DNA of 64,000 bases from NCBI RefSeq assembly GCF_001622165.1, contig NZ_LVWG01000035.1, forward strand, positions 20,566 to 84,565, in the 5' to 3' direction. The translations under genes and the position numbers were made by a program. The stretch is from Pelodictyon luteolum. GTDB taxonomy: Bacteria; Bacteroidota; Chlorobiia; Chlorobiales; Chlorobiaceae. Positions within the stretch are counted from its first letter, which is position 1; each line of letters starts with the position of its first letter. The notes beneath the pieces were generated by a model, which saw nothing but the letters and a program-made list of their open reading frames with translations, was not told where the DNA came from and searched no databases. Positions 9,266 to 22,807 of this stretch are shown here, piece after piece.

Positions 9266-10717
9266 ATGGACGCACAACATATCACGAATAAAGAACGCCT
9301 GGCCATTCCCCGCCAGCCGATGCCGGCGCAGGATCCAGAAGTCCGCAACAAAAACTTCCGCGAAGTCAACCTCGGCTACACCCCTGAACTTGCCCGGCAG
9401 GAAGCGCTCCGCTGCATCCAGTGCAAGGACCCCATCTGCATCCAGGGATGCCCTGTGAACATCAAGATCGATGAATTCATCAAGCTGGTCGCCGAGGGCG
9501 ACTTCCTTGGAGCTGCCAGAAAGGTAAAGGAAGACAACGTCCTTCCCGCCGTCTGCGGCAGGGTCTGCCCGCAGGAAGACCAGTGCGAAAAGGCCTGCGT
9601 CATCGGCAAGAAACACGCGCCTGTCGCCATCGGCAACCTTGAGCGCTTCGTCGCCGACTGGGAACGCGAACACGGTGAGCCGGATCTTCCGGCCATCAAG
9701 GCTGCGACAGGCAAGAAAGTCGCCGTCATCGGCAGCGGCCCGGCAGGACTATCCTGCGCCAATGACCTGATCCGCCAGGGGCACAGGGTGGTGGTGTTCG
9801 AAGCGCTCCATGAGCTCGGCGGCGTGCTCATGTACGGCGTCCCTGAGTTCCGCCTTCCCAAAGAAATCGTGAAAACGGAAATTGAGGGGCTCAAGAAAAT
9901 GGGCGTGGAATTCCAGACCGACGTGGTCGTCGGCCGTTCAGTCACCATCGACGAACTGATTGAGGAAGAGGGCTTCGATGCCGTCTTCATCGGCGTCGGC
10001 GCAGGACTTCCCTGGTTCATGGGCATCCCCGGCGAAAACCTCGTCGGCGTGCTTGCGGCCAATGAGTTCCTCACCCGCGTCAACCTCATGAAGGCCTATG
10101 ACTTCCCCGCCGGCAGCGACACTCCGGTGTTTGACTGCAGGGGCAAAAACGTCGCAGTCTTCGGCGGTGGCAACACCGCGATGGACGCGGTCCGTACCGC
10201 AAAAAGGCTCGGAGCCGAACACGCCTATATCGTCTACCGCCGTTCGGAAGCAGAGATGCCTGCGCGGGTCGAGGAGATCCACCACGCGAAGGAAGAGGGC
10301 ATCGAGTTCCTGCTTCTCATGAACCCGCTTGAGTTCCTCGGAAATGACCGCCACTGGCTGACCGGCGTGAAATGCATCAAGATGGAGCTCGGCGAACCCG
10401 ATGAGTCCGGCCGCCGCCGCCCTGTTCCTGTTGAGGGTTCCGAGTTCATCCTTCCGCTCGACATGGCCGTCATCTCCATCGGCAACGGCTCGAACCCGCT
10501 CATCAAGCAGACCACTCCCGACATCGAAGTCAGCAAGCGCGACACCATCATTGTCGACATCAACACGATGGCGACCTCAAAAGAGAACGTCTATGCCGGC
10601 GGCGACATCGTCACCGGCGGTGCCACCGTCATCCTCGCCATGGGCGCAGGGCGTACGGCAGCCAAGGCGATCCACGATAAGCTCATGGGTACGGCAGTAA
10701 ACCACAACGAGTGGTAA
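9266..10717 (+). CDS. nfnB: NfnB/SudA-like (GltD-family) flavo-iron-sulfur subunit
   Basis: RCIQCKDPICIQGCPVNI, CGRVCPQEDQCE, GSGPAG, GGGNTAMD, YRRS, AGGDIVTG; directly after the nfnA-like gene. Confidence 0.85.
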   Translation: MDAQHITNKERLAIPRQPMPAQDPEVRNKNFREVNLGYTPELARQEALRCIQCKDPICIQGCPVNIKIDEFIKLVAEGDFLGAARKVKEDNVLPAVCGRVCPQEDQCEKACVIGKKHAPVAIGNLERFVADWEREHGEPDLPAIKAATGKKVAVIGSGPAGLSCANDLIRQGHRVVVFEALHELGGVLMYGVPEFRLPKEIVKTEIEGLKKMGVEFQTDVVVGRSVTIDELIEEEGFDAVFIGVGAGLPWFMGIPGENLVGVLAANEFLTRVNLMKAYDFPAGSDTPVFDCRGKNVAVFGGGNTAMDAVRTAKRLGAEHAYIVYRRSEAEMPARVEEIHHAKEEGIEFLLLMNPLEFLGNDRHWLTGVKCIKMELGEPDESGRRRPVPVEGSEFILPLDMAVISIGNGSNPLIKQTTPDIEVSKRDTIIVDINTMATSKENVYAGGDIVTGGATVILAMGAGRTAAKAIHDKLMGTAVNHNEW

Positions 10718-10727
10718 CCCACCCGCT

Positions 10728-11633
10728 TCAGACACCTCCAAGCAGTATGCTCCAGAGGCTCAGAGTCATAAAAGAGAGAATGATGCCAAGAGCAACCATC
10801 AACCCGGCAAGCGGCGGGTTGATGTCATGCTCGGCGGCAATGATGCCCGCAGTTATCATCGGCGGCATCGCTGCTTCAAACAGCATCACCTCCACCCCCG
10901 GCCCACGTACCCCGACAATTCCCAGATAGAACATCGCGAGCACAAGCGGTGCAAGCACCAGCTTGAAGCCGAGACCAAGCGCGAGATTCCGTCCGTTCCC
11001 GCCGAGATGACCGGGATGGAACGAAAACCCCACTGAAAAAAGCGCCAGCGGAGCAAGCGTGTCGCCAAGGCGGGCGAGCACAGCAACCAGCCACGGCGGA
11101 TAGGCAACGGGCATGAGGAAGAGCGCCAGAAGAAGCGCGATGAATGGCGGAAAGAGGATAATACGTTTAAGGATGGCCGGAAGCGAAGGGCGTCCATCCG
11201 AATAGATGCCGGCCACGGTGATGCCGAGGGTCGAGAGCACCATGAACGAGCCCAGCTGGTCGACGATGATGCCATATGCAATGCCTTCACGCCCATAGAA
11301 CGCCTCAATCATCGGCAATCCTAGAAAAGAGGTATTGCCGAGCCCGCCTGTCAGGATAAGAGCCCCCACCGTTTTACGCGGCAGACGGAGGGCCTTGCCG
11401 ACAGCGAAGAAAAACACCGCCGCAATGAGAAAATGCAACCACGGCATTGATGCCAGAACGGAAACGTCCCCCGTAAGCCGCAGATCGTGAACATAGAGAA
11501 GGGTCAGCGCAGGAAGAGACACCTGGATGATGAAGCTGTTGAGGACCAAGGGAGTAACGGCGGGCAGACGGCCGAGCTTCCTTGCGGCTATGCCGAGAAG
11601 GAAGCAGACGATGATGAGCGTCAGGTTGTGCAC
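10728..11633 (-). CDS. AEC (auxin efflux carrier) family transporter
   Basis: GNTSFLGLPMI, LAPLALFSVG, EAAMPP; about 10 TM segments. Confidence 0.88.
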   Translation of the reverse strand: MHNLTLIIVCFLLGIAARKLGRLPAVTPLVLNSFIIQVSLPALTLLYVHDLRLTGDVSVLASMPWLHFLIAAVFFFAVGKALRLPRKTVGALILTGGLGNTSFLGLPMIEAFYGREGIAYGIIVDQLGSFMVLSTLGITVAGIYSDGRPSLPAILKRIILFPPFIALLLALFLMPVAYPPWLVAVLARLGDTLAPLALFSVGFSFHPGHLGGNGRNLALGLGFKLVLAPLVLAMFYLGIVGVRGPGVEVMLFEAAMPPMITAGIIAAEHDINPPLAGLMVALGIILSFMTLSLWSILLGGV

Positions 11634-11657
11634 CGGGGAGCAGAGATGGGATACATG

Positions 11658-12740
11658 CTAGGATTTCGGGCTTGCCGACGCATTCGCCACCATCCCCTCA
11701 CGGAAACGATCTTCAGGAACCGATGCCACCAGATCACCTTCTTTGAGCCCCTCAAGCACTTCGACATAGGTGAGGTCCGAGGCTCCGGTCCGGATCGGCT
11801 GCTTCTTCAGCCGGCCTTCATCGATTTTCCAAATGTAGCTGTCGGTACCCTCCCGGAACACCGAGCCTTTCCGTACAAGGAGCGATCTGTGCTTGACATT
11901 GAAAATTATGTTGGCTGTTGCCGTCATACCGGCCTGCACCGCACCCTTTGGCATATCAGCCACAAGATAGATCTTCGAGGTCTTCGTCACCCTGTCAGTC
12001 ATCGGCACGACCCTCGACACTGAAGCCGAAAAACGGCGCTCGGGGTATGCGTCGAACACCACAGCCGCATTCTGGCCGGGCCGGACCCGGGGAACATCGA
12101 GTTCATCGATTTCAACGACGACCGCATATCCGCTTGTGTCGACCACCGTCGCCACAAGGGCACCAGATGAGACATAATCACCCTTCTTCACATCCTGCAG
12201 GGTCAGCACCCCCTTGAACGGGGCGCGAACCGTCAATTTTTTCAGGTCATCTTCAACCATTTTCAGCCGGAACGCCTTCTGGCGCTGAAGCTCCGCGGCC
12301 TGCACCCGGGCTTTTTCCGCCCGATCGAAATCCTGTCGCGACACAGCGCCCTCCCGGAACAGGTTCTCTTTACGTGAAAAATCAAGCTCGGCATCCTTCA
12401 TGGCGGCATCCTGCTCCCTCAAAGCGGCCCGGGCCTCCCTGACGGCAAACTCGGGTCGAGGGCTCTCAAAGGAAAGGATCGTCTGGCCAGTTTCGACCAT
12501 CTCACCCTCCCGTGCACCGATAAAGCTGACCGTCCCGGAATATTCAGCTGAGAGGTTCGCCACCGCGTCAGCCTCCACGTAGCCTGTCGCATACACCGCC
12601 TGCACCAGCTCCCGGTACTCAACCCTGAGGGCATCGACCTCCACGGTGCCACCCTTCAGCAGGAGGTAGGTAACCGTCATGATAAACAAGGCGCCAAGGG
12701 CGATCGAGTATTTCGGGAAGATCTTCTGTAGGGACTGCAT
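11658..12740 (-). CDS. Efflux periplasmic adaptor (MacA/HlyD family)
   Basis: N-terminal anchor, ATGYVEA, lipoyl halves, coiled coil, VRAPFKG, IDELDVPRVRPGQ, GMTATA. Confidence 0.9.
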   Translation of the reverse strand: MQSLQKIFPKYSIALGALFIMTVTYLLLKGGTVEVDALRVEYRELVQAVYATGYVEADAVANLSAEYSGTVSFIGAREGEMVETGQTILSFESPRPEFAVREARAALREQDAAMKDAELDFSRKENLFREGAVSRQDFDRAEKARVQAAELQRQKAFRLKMVEDDLKKLTVRAPFKGVLTLQDVKKGDYVSSGALVATVVDTSGYAVVVEIDELDVPRVRPGQNAAVVFDAYPERRFSASVSRVVPMTDRVTKTSKIYLVADMPKGAVQAGMTATANIIFNVKHRSLLVRKGSVFREGTDSYIWKIDEGRLKKQPIRTGASDLTYVEVLEGLKEGDLVASVPEDRFREGMVANASASPKS

Positions 12741-12906
12741 GGACCTGTTCAAGGTTGATTGAGTGTTTTTAAAGTTACACCTTTTCGCCTTTTTCTCCAT
12801 TGCGACCTTGGTTTTTCCATAATTTTATCAATCTTTAAAAACCTAATTCCCCCCCGGCCGCACCCGTCGGCCGTTTTCGTTCAGGAACACTTAACAGGCA
12901 GTCATC

Positions 12907-13320
12907 ATGGGAGATAACGAAGGTATCGACAAAAGCTTTCTCGACACAGTCAAATTCGATGCGAAGGGACTGGTCCCGGCCATCGTACAGGACCATGAAA
13001 CAGGCAAAGTCCTCATGATGGCCTGGATGAACCGCGAGAGTCTGGAGATGACGCTCGAGCGCAAAAAAGCCTGCTACTGGAGCCGTAGCCGCAACAAGCT
13101 CTGGCTGAAGGGCGAATCATCGGGTAACATGCAGGACGTGTACGACATCCTCATCGACTGCGACGGCGACACCCTCATCCTGAAAGTCTCCCAGATCGGC
13201 GGAGCCTGCCATGTAGGCTACCACTCCTGCTTCTACCGCAGGGTTCTGGAGGACGGCAGCATGGAAATCTGCGACACCCTGATGTTCGATCCTGAAGAGG
13301 TCTATGGCAAAAAAAGCTGA
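12907..13320 (+). CDS. hisI: Phosphoribosyl-AMP cyclohydrolase
   Basis: [39 protein letters not shown]. Confidence 0.97.
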   Translation: MGDNEGIDKSFLDTVKFDAKGLVPAIVQDHETGKVLMMAWMNRESLEMTLERKKACYWSRSRNKLWLKGESSGNMQDVYDILIDCDGDTLILKVSQIGGACHVGYHSCFYRRVLEDGSMEICDTLMFDPEEVYGKKS

Positions 13321-14053
13321 ACCTATGGCAACCCCTGCAAAAAAAACTGCCGAATCGCTCAACCTCACCAAATCGAGGTCGTCTATCCAGCAGATGTTCG
13401 ACGAAGTCGCACCGACCTACGACTTCCTCAACCACCTGCTCTCACTCGGCATTGACAACTACTGGCGGGCTGCGGCGACCAGCCGTGCCCGGAAGCTGCT
13501 TTTGAACGTGCCGGCACCGCGCATCCTCGACGTCGCAACCGGCACCGGCGACCTTGCTGACGCTATGACGAAAATCCCCAATGCGAAAGTCAGCGCACTC
13601 GACCTCTCCCCCGAGATGCTCACCATCGCCCGCAGAAAGTACCCTTCGATCGAGTTCACCCAAGGGTGCGCCGAAGAGCTGCCATTCAAGGACGCCAGCT
13701 TCGACATCGTCTCTGCAGGGTTCGGTGTGCGAAACTTCGAAGACCTCAAGAAAGGGATGCAGGAGTTCCACCGGGTCTTGAAACCCGGAGGCCATGCGCT
13801 GATCATCGAGCCGATGATTCCGCGCACTCCGATCCTTAAGGACCTCTACCTCGTCTACTTCAAGAAAGTGCTGCCGAAAGTAGCCGGGCTTTTCAGCCGC
13901 TCGACCTTCGCCTACGACTACCTCCCCCACTCGGTCGAGCAGTTCCCGCAGGCTGAAGCCTTTACTGCCATTCTGAAGGAAAGCGGATTCAGCGCCGCCG
14001 AATACCGTCCCATGACCTTTGAGACTTCCATCCTCTATATCGCAGAAAAATAA
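13304..14053 (+). CDS. menG: Demethylmenaquinone methyltransferase (UbiE/MenG)
   Basis: [53 protein letters not shown]. Confidence 0.92.
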   Translation: MAKKAEPMATPAKKTAESLNLTKSRSSIQQMFDEVAPTYDFLNHLLSLGIDNYWRAAATSRARKLLLNVPAPRILDVATGTGDLADAMTKIPNAKVSALDLSPEMLTIARRKYPSIEFTQGCAEELPFKDASFDIVSAGFGVRNFEDLKKGMQEFHRVLKPGGHALIIEPMIPRTPILKDLYLVYFKKVLPKVAGLFSRSTFAYDYLPHSVEQFPQAEAFTAILKESGFSAAEYRPMTFETSILYIAEK

Positions 14054-14094
14054 GGCAATCCGGCCACTTAACCTTATTTATTTCTGGATAATCT

Positions 14095-14134
14095 GATATT
14101 TCCTTGACGACAGTTATGAAATCAAGGAAATATC
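14095..14134. promoter_or_regulatory. Perfect 13-bp inverted repeat upstream of the porin promoter (operator or hairpin)
   Basis: GATATTTCCTTGA-N14-TCAAGGAAATATC, followed by TATAAT at 14138-14143. Confidence 0.55.
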
Positions 14135-14174
14135 ACGTATAATTCCATCTCGTAAGAGCTTTTTTTATATATAG

Positions 14175-14198
14175 CGTTATGTATTAGAGTAAATAACG
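14175..14198. promoter_or_regulatory. ModE-type operator in front of the porin gene
   Basis: CGTTATGT-ATTAGAG-TAAATAACG; the CGTTATGTA half is the exact reverse complement of TACATAACG in the modD box. Confidence 0.7.
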
Positions 14199-14200
14199 TA

Positions 14201-15370
14201 ATGCGCAACCAAACCTCCATGGCCATAAAAAAAACACTGATCATTTTATCCGCCCTTGCCGCAGCAGGATGGGGCCGGGAAGCAGCCTCCGCCAGCGAGA
14301 TCGAATGGAACTGGAAAGGCGAGGCCCTCTACCGCTACGAATCCAGCCGCCTTGATGGCGACTCCCGATTTGACGGAAGCCACCGCATCGGCCTCCACTT
14401 CGGCACATTCCCGAAAATCAACGACGAAATCAAGGGCGGCATTGAAGTTGCAACAGGCGCCAGCAACCCGACATCGCGCCTTTATGTCCTTGGAAGCGGC
14501 GATGCCTTCAGCATGAGCGACCTGATGCTCAACCAGGCCTACCTGGAAATCCGTCCGCTCTCCTACGGGCTTGAAGGCAACGCGGCCCTGAGCGCCGGCA
14601 AGCGCGACGTCAGCGAGTGCCTCGTGAGGGTCAATGACCTGCTCTGGGACACCGATGTCACCCTCGAAGGCCTTACCCTCCAGTACGGCAGGAACGGCAA
14701 GAAGCTGCAGCAGGGACTCAGCGCCACCGCTGGCTACTATATCCTTGGAGAGGTGAGTGAAACGGCCACTACAGACAAAACCGTAACTGACGACCCCGCA
14801 CTCTGGACAGCACAGCTCGCCTGGAGCGGCAAATCGGGCGGAGTCGACTATATGCTCGGGAGCAGCTACTACAAATACCTGAACATCGAGGGGTCCAGCA
14901 TCACCTGGACCTACGGAGACAAACTGTTCGGCAACACCGGCACCAGCGGCACCAGCGGAAAGCTGACCTACGATTACGATATCATTGAAATCTTCGCCAA
15001 CGCAGGCGGGAAATTCGGCAGCGGACTCCCCTGGAAGGTTTACGGACAGTATGCCAGCAACATCGCCAGCGGCGTGGACAATAATGATACCGCCTACCTC
15101 GTCGGCGGAACGCTGGGCAAAGCCGACAAGGTTGGAAAATGGTCTCTGGATGCCAACTACTGCTACCTTGAAAAAGACGCCCTTATTGGAGCATTCACCG
15201 ATGGAACCCGCTTCAAGGGCGGAACTGATGGCCAGGGCATCAAGCTCACCGCCCAGTACCAGCTCATCAAGGACCTGAATGTTGCCCTGAAATACTATAA
15301 CCACGAAAAAGTCATAGATTCAGGAAACCACTACCAGCTCTGGCAGGCCGACATGCTCGTCAAGTTCTAA
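14201..15370 (+). CDS. Putative outer-membrane porin (anion/phosphate-porin-like)
   Basis: Signal peptide (KKTLIILSALAAAGWG..ASA), amphipathic beta-strands, C-terminal QADMLVKF; start 14201 or 14219. Confidence 0.8.
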   Translation: MRNQTSMAIKKTLIILSALAAAGWGREAASASEIEWNWKGEALYRYESSRLDGDSRFDGSHRIGLHFGTFPKINDEIKGGIEVATGASNPTSRLYVLGSGDAFSMSDLMLNQAYLEIRPLSYGLEGNAALSAGKRDVSECLVRVNDLLWDTDVTLEGLTLQYGRNGKKLQQGLSATAGYYILGEVSETATTDKTVTDDPALWTAQLAWSGKSGGVDYMLGSSYYKYLNIEGSSITWTYGDKLFGNTGTSGTSGKLTYDYDIIEIFANAGGKFGSGLPWKVYGQYASNIASGVDNNDTAYLVGGTLGKADKVGKWSLDANYCYLEKDALIGAFTDGTRFKGGTDGQGIKLTAQYQLIKDLNVALKYYNHEKVIDSGNHYQLWQADMLVKF

Positions 15371-15405
15371 GCCGAAGCCGCATATAGCAATCATGCATAA
15401 TCGCA

Positions 15406-15435
15406 CTAAAGGCTGCCCGCACAGGCAGCCTTTAG
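15406..15435. terminator. Hairpin between convergent porin and ligA (likely bidirectional terminator)
   Basis: CTAAAGGCTGCC-CGCACA-GGCAGCCTTTAG followed by CTTTC. Confidence 0.7.
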
Positions 15436-15479
15436 CTTTCTGCCGAAGCATTCTGGACTCGGAGAGGACGTTCAGGAGT

Positions 15480-19057
<3,578 letters not shown>

Positions 19058-19075
19058 GCAGAGATCAGGTTTAAC

Positions 19076-19798
19076 TCATTGGGAGAGGACTGCGCGGCCA
19101 TCCCGAAGCATCCGGTCGCTCTCGATCTTTCCGTCGACGAGATGGATCCGCCGTCCGGCCCGGTTGGCGAACTCCTCGTCATGGGTCACCACAATCACGG
19201 TCTGGCCAAGTTCACGGTTCAGGCGTTCGAACAGCTGGTACACCTTGTCGGCGGAACGGGAATCAAGGTTGCCGGTCGGCTCATCGCCAAGCAGCACCTT
19301 CGGCTCGTTTGCAAGCGCACGGGCAATGGCCACTCGCTGCTGCTGTCCACCGGACAGCTGGCTCGGTTTATTGGTGTATTTATCCTGCAGCTCCACCATG
19401 TCGAGCAGGGCCATGGCACGCTCCCTCGTCTCCTTACGGGACAGGCGGCCGCCAATCAGCATCGGCATGCTCACATTCTCCACGGCGTTGAACTCCGGAA
19501 GCAGGAAGTGGAACTGGTAGATGAACCCGATCTTGCGGTTCCGGATCCGGGTCATCTCCTTCTCTTCCGTTTCGGTGATATCCTCCCCGTCAAGAAAGAC
19601 CCTGCCGGAAGAGGGCTTGTCGAGCCCGCCCATGATGTAGAGCAGGGTCGATTTTCCGGACCCCGAAGGGCCTGTGATGGAAACGAACTCTCCCGCCGTT
19701 ATCCGGAGGGAGAGGTTCGGAATGATCGTCTGGCGGACATCGCGCGACAGCTCAAGCTCCCTCTGTATGTGTTCAAGTCGGAGAATTTCGTCGGCCAT
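19076..19798 (-). CDS. ABC transporter ATPase, LolD/MacB-like
   Basis: [48 protein letters not shown]. Confidence 0.9.
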   Translation of the reverse strand: MADEILRLEHIQRELELSRDVRQTIIPNLSLRITAGEFVSITGPSGSGKSTLLYIMGGLDKPSSGRVFLDGEDITETEEKEMTRIRNRKIGFIYQFHFLLPEFNAVENVSMPMLIGGRLSRKETRERAMALLDMVELQDKYTNKPSQLSGGQQQRVAIARALANEPKVLLGDEPTGNLDSRSADKVYQLFERLNRELGQTVIVVTHDEEFANRAGRRIHLVDGKIESDRMLRDGRAVLSQ

Positions 19799-19867
19799 CA
19801 CTCGGTGTTTATTTTTGTCGCTCCTGATGAAGATACGAACAAAAAGGGACTGACGGGAACCGATAAA

Positions 19868-20938
19868 TCAGTCCGCCACAGCTGGCCTCCCTTCGGCATC
19901 AGAAAAGAAACGCTTCCGGAGGCCAAGCGACACATTGACGAGGCCGATGAGCACCGGCACCTCCACAAGAGGCCCGATGACCGCGGCAAACGCCTCCGGC
20001 GAATGGATACCGAACACGCCGACAGCCACTGCAATGGCAAGCTCAAAGTTATTGCTCGCCGCAGTAAAGGAGAGTGTCACCGTTTTCTGATATCCGGCGC
20101 CCGCTTTCTTTCCAACGAAAAACGAGGTGAAGAACATCAGTACGAAATAAATGAACAGCGGAACTGCGATGCGTACCACGTCCATCGGGATTGCGACGAT
20201 ATAAGCACCTTTCAGCGAAAACATCGCAACAATGGTGAAGAGGAGGGCTATGAGGGTAAGGGGGCTTATGCGCCGGATGAACTCCCGCTGATACCACTCC
20301 GATCCCTTCCAGCGGATGAGAAAAAAGCGGGAAAGGAACCCTGCAGCGAAAGGTATGCCGAGATAGATGGCGACCGAAGCGGCAATTTCGCCGATGGTGA
20401 TATGGACGCTGAACGAGGAGAGCCCGAGCCATCCCGGCAGCACCGTCAGGAAAAACCATGCATAGAGCGGGAAAAACAGCACCTGGAAGATCGAGTTGAA
20501 CGCCACGAGCCCTGCGGCATACTCCCTGTCACCGCCGGCAAGGTCGTTCCAGACGATGACCATGGCGATGCAGCGGGCAAGACCGATGAGGATCAGGCCC
20601 GCCATATAGTGCGGCATGCCGGAGAGGAACAACACCGCAAGCGCGAACATCAGAAGCGGTCCGACGAGCCAGTTGAGAAGCAGCGAGAGGGAAAGTATCT
20701 TCCGGTTGGCGAACACCTCACCGAGTTCCTCATAGTGCACCTTCGCCAGCGGAGGATACATCATCACGATGAGTCCTATGGCGATGGGGATGTTGGTCGT
20801 CCCGGACTGGAAACTCCCGATGAATGCCGGAACGGCGGGAAAGGCCCAGCCAGCGGCAACACCTGCTGCCATGGCCAGGAAAATCCAGAGCGTCAGGTAG
20901 CGGTCGAGAAACGAAAGCCTGCCGGAAATCTTATTCAT
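19868..20938 (-). CDS. acr3: ACR3-family arsenite efflux transporter
   Basis: [52 protein letters not shown]. Confidence 0.96.
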   Translation of the reverse strand: MNKISGRLSFLDRYLTLWIFLAMAAGVAAGWAFPAVPAFIGSFQSGTTNIPIAIGLIVMMYPPLAKVHYEELGEVFANRKILSLSLLLNWLVGPLLMFALAVLFLSGMPHYMAGLILIGLARCIAMVIVWNDLAGGDREYAAGLVAFNSIFQVLFFPLYAWFFLTVLPGWLGLSSFSVHITIGEIAASVAIYLGIPFAAGFLSRFFLIRWKGSEWYQREFIRRISPLTLIALLFTIVAMFSLKGAYIVAIPMDVVRIAVPLFIYFVLMFFTSFFVGKKAGAGYQKTVTLSFTAASNNFELAIAVAVGVFGIHSPEAFAAVIGPLVEVPVLIGLVNVSLGLRKRFFSDAEGRPAVAD

Positions 20939-21368
20939 GAGGGTCTCCCTTGATATCGTTACGATAGAACTCCCCGAAACCCTGTTTGATAAGGTCGCGG
21001 ACGCTGCGGAACACTTTCAGCACCTCCTCTTCCGTCCCGGACGCCCCGGCAGGGTCTTCAAACCCGATGTGCAGGCGTTTTCCTACCCTTCCGCTAAACA
21101 CCGGGCATGACTCATTGGCCCCGTCGCAGACCGTCACAACGTAATCGAATGGACGGGAAAGGAACCCGTCAACGCTTTTGGGAGAAGCTCCGGAAAGATC
21201 GATGCCCTCTTCAGCCATGACCTTCACGGCCATAGGATGCACCGTTCCGGAGGGTTCGGTGCCTGCGGAATAAACCTCAAGATCCAAGTCGAACGAACGG
21301 AGAAACCCCTCGGCCATCTGGCTTCGGCATGAGTTTCCCGTACAGAGAACCAGCACTGACGTTTTCAT
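20931..21368 (-). CDS. arsC: Thioredoxin-coupled arsenate reductase (LMWP family)
   Basis: [32 protein letters not shown]; within the ars cluster. Confidence 0.92.
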   Translation of the reverse strand: MKTSVLVLCTGNSCRSQMAEGFLRSFDLDLEVYSAGTEPSGTVHPMAVKVMAEEGIDLSGASPKSVDGFLSRPFDYVVTVCDGANESCPVFSGRVGKRLHIGFEDPAGASGTEEEVLKVFRSVRDLIKQGFGEFYRNDIKGDPHE

Positions 21369-21390
21369 GATCGAGATGCAGTATTTATAG

Positions 21391-22416
21391 TTAGAGAACC
21401 AGATTGAACATATAACCGACGAGCACAATCCCCGAAGCGACCACCCCTGCGAACACGGCAATCAGCCTGGGCTTGAGAACCTTCCGGAGGATTATCATCT
21501 CCGGAGCCGAAAGGGCGATGACGCTCATCATGAATGCCATTACCGTGCCGAGAGCCGCGCCTTTTCCGAGCAGGGCCTGCACTACGGGAATGATCCCTGC
21601 AGCGTTCGAATACATCGGCACACCGATGAGGACGGCTGCAGGCACCGACCACCATGCACTCTGGCCCATGAGCGAGGCCATGAAGTTTTCAGGCACATAG
21701 CCATGAATGCCGGCACCAAGCCCGACACCGAGGAGGATGAACAACCACACTCTTCCAACGATTTCCCGGACATGGCCGAGCCCCTCACGCATCCGCTGCG
21801 GCCACTCCATCCGCTCAGGAATGCCCGATCCGGCATCGGCGCTCCCCTGCAGTTTCCGCACCCACTCCTCGAGGTGTTCTTCCATCCGGAGCCGACCGAT
21901 CACCAGACCGGCAATCACGGCAACTCCCAGGCCCATAGCCATATAGAGCAGCGCCACCTTCCAGCCGAACATCCCGAACAAAAGCGCCAGGGCGACTTCA
22001 TTGACCATCGGTGCCGATATCAGAAAGGAAAAGGTCACGCCGAGCGGCACGCCAGCCTGCAGAAACCCGATGAAGAGCGGCACGGCCGAACACGAACAGA
22101 ACGGTGTTACGATGCCGAGCGCTGCGGCAAGCATGTTACCTACCCCGAGACGGCGCCCCGAAAGCATGGCCCGGGTCCGCTCCGCAGAGACAAACGTATG
22201 CACCACACCCATCAGAAAAACCACTGCCGTAAGAAGCATCAGCACTTTCGGCACCTCGTACAGGAAGAAATGCAATGCTTCACCAAAAGGCACGGACCGG
22301 CTGAGGCCGAGCATTCCGACCAGCACCTCCGCACCTCCCTCGAGCCTCAGGTAGAGAAACACCCAGAGAAGGGCCGCCAGAAGTAACCCTCCCCACCACA
22401 ACAGCGACTGTTTCAT
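21391..22416 (-). CDS. arsP: ArsP/DUF318-family permease
   Basis: TPFCSCSAVP, FSFLISAPMVNE, IGVPMYSN, FMMSVIALSAPE. Confidence 0.85.
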   Translation of the reverse strand: MKQSLLWWGGLLLAALLWVFLYLRLEGGAEVLVGMLGLSRSVPFGEALHFFLYEVPKVLMLLTAVVFLMGVVHTFVSAERTRAMLSGRRLGVGNMLAAALGIVTPFCSCSAVPLFIGFLQAGVPLGVTFSFLISAPMVNEVALALLFGMFGWKVALLYMAMGLGVAVIAGLVIGRLRMEEHLEEWVRKLQGSADAGSGIPERMEWPQRMREGLGHVREIVGRVWLFILLGVGLGAGIHGYVPENFMASLMGQSAWWSVPAAVLIGVPMYSNAAGIIPVVQALLGKGAALGTVMAFMMSVIALSAPEMIILRKVLKPRLIAVFAGVVASGIVLVGYMFNLVL

Positions 22417-22429
22417 GCCTCTCTCCCCC

Positions 22430-22714
22430 TCAGCAGCAGGATGAGCCCGAAGAACCCTTGCAGCAGCACCCTTTGGCTTTCGGCCGAAGCAGCGAATGCA
22501 GTTCATCAGCTGAAGGTACCCTGCCCGCCGAGCGGACCTCACCATCGACCACAAGTGCCGGGGTGGAGAGCACATTGTAGGACATGATCTGCTGAATGTC
22601 CTGCACCTTTTCGACCTCAGCCACAATGCCGTCTGCAGCAATGGCAGCCTGTACCGCATCGGCAAGCTGGTTGCATTTTGCGCAACCGGTTCCGAGAATT
22701 TTTACCTGGATCAT
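22430..22714 (-). CDS. Small thioredoxin-like redox disulfide protein with a Cys-rich tail
   Basis: ILGTGCAKC, STPALVVDG, C-terminus GCCCKGSSGSSCC. Confidence 0.88.
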   Translation of the reverse strand: MIQVKILGTGCAKCNQLADAVQAAIAADGIVAEVEKVQDIQQIMSYNVLSTPALVVDGEVRSAGRVPSADELHSLLRPKAKGCCCKGSSGSSCC

Positions 22715-22746
22715 AGTGTTCTCCTGTCTTCTGTTTAAAAAAGTTA

Positions 22747-22762
22747 ATCGCAAATGAACGAT
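22747..22762. promoter_or_regulatory. Putative ArsR operator, internal copy
   Basis: ATCGCAAATGAACGAT (ATCG-N8-CGAT); resembles the copy upstream of arsR. Confidence 0.6.
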
Positions 22763-22807
22763 TATTGGAATCAAAAAAAACAAACCACATCAGAAGCTGC
22801 GCCTAAA

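Noticed and set aside
9266-10717. Glutamate synthase small subunit (gltD)
   Set aside because: No gltB nearby; paired with an NfnA/SudB-like gene
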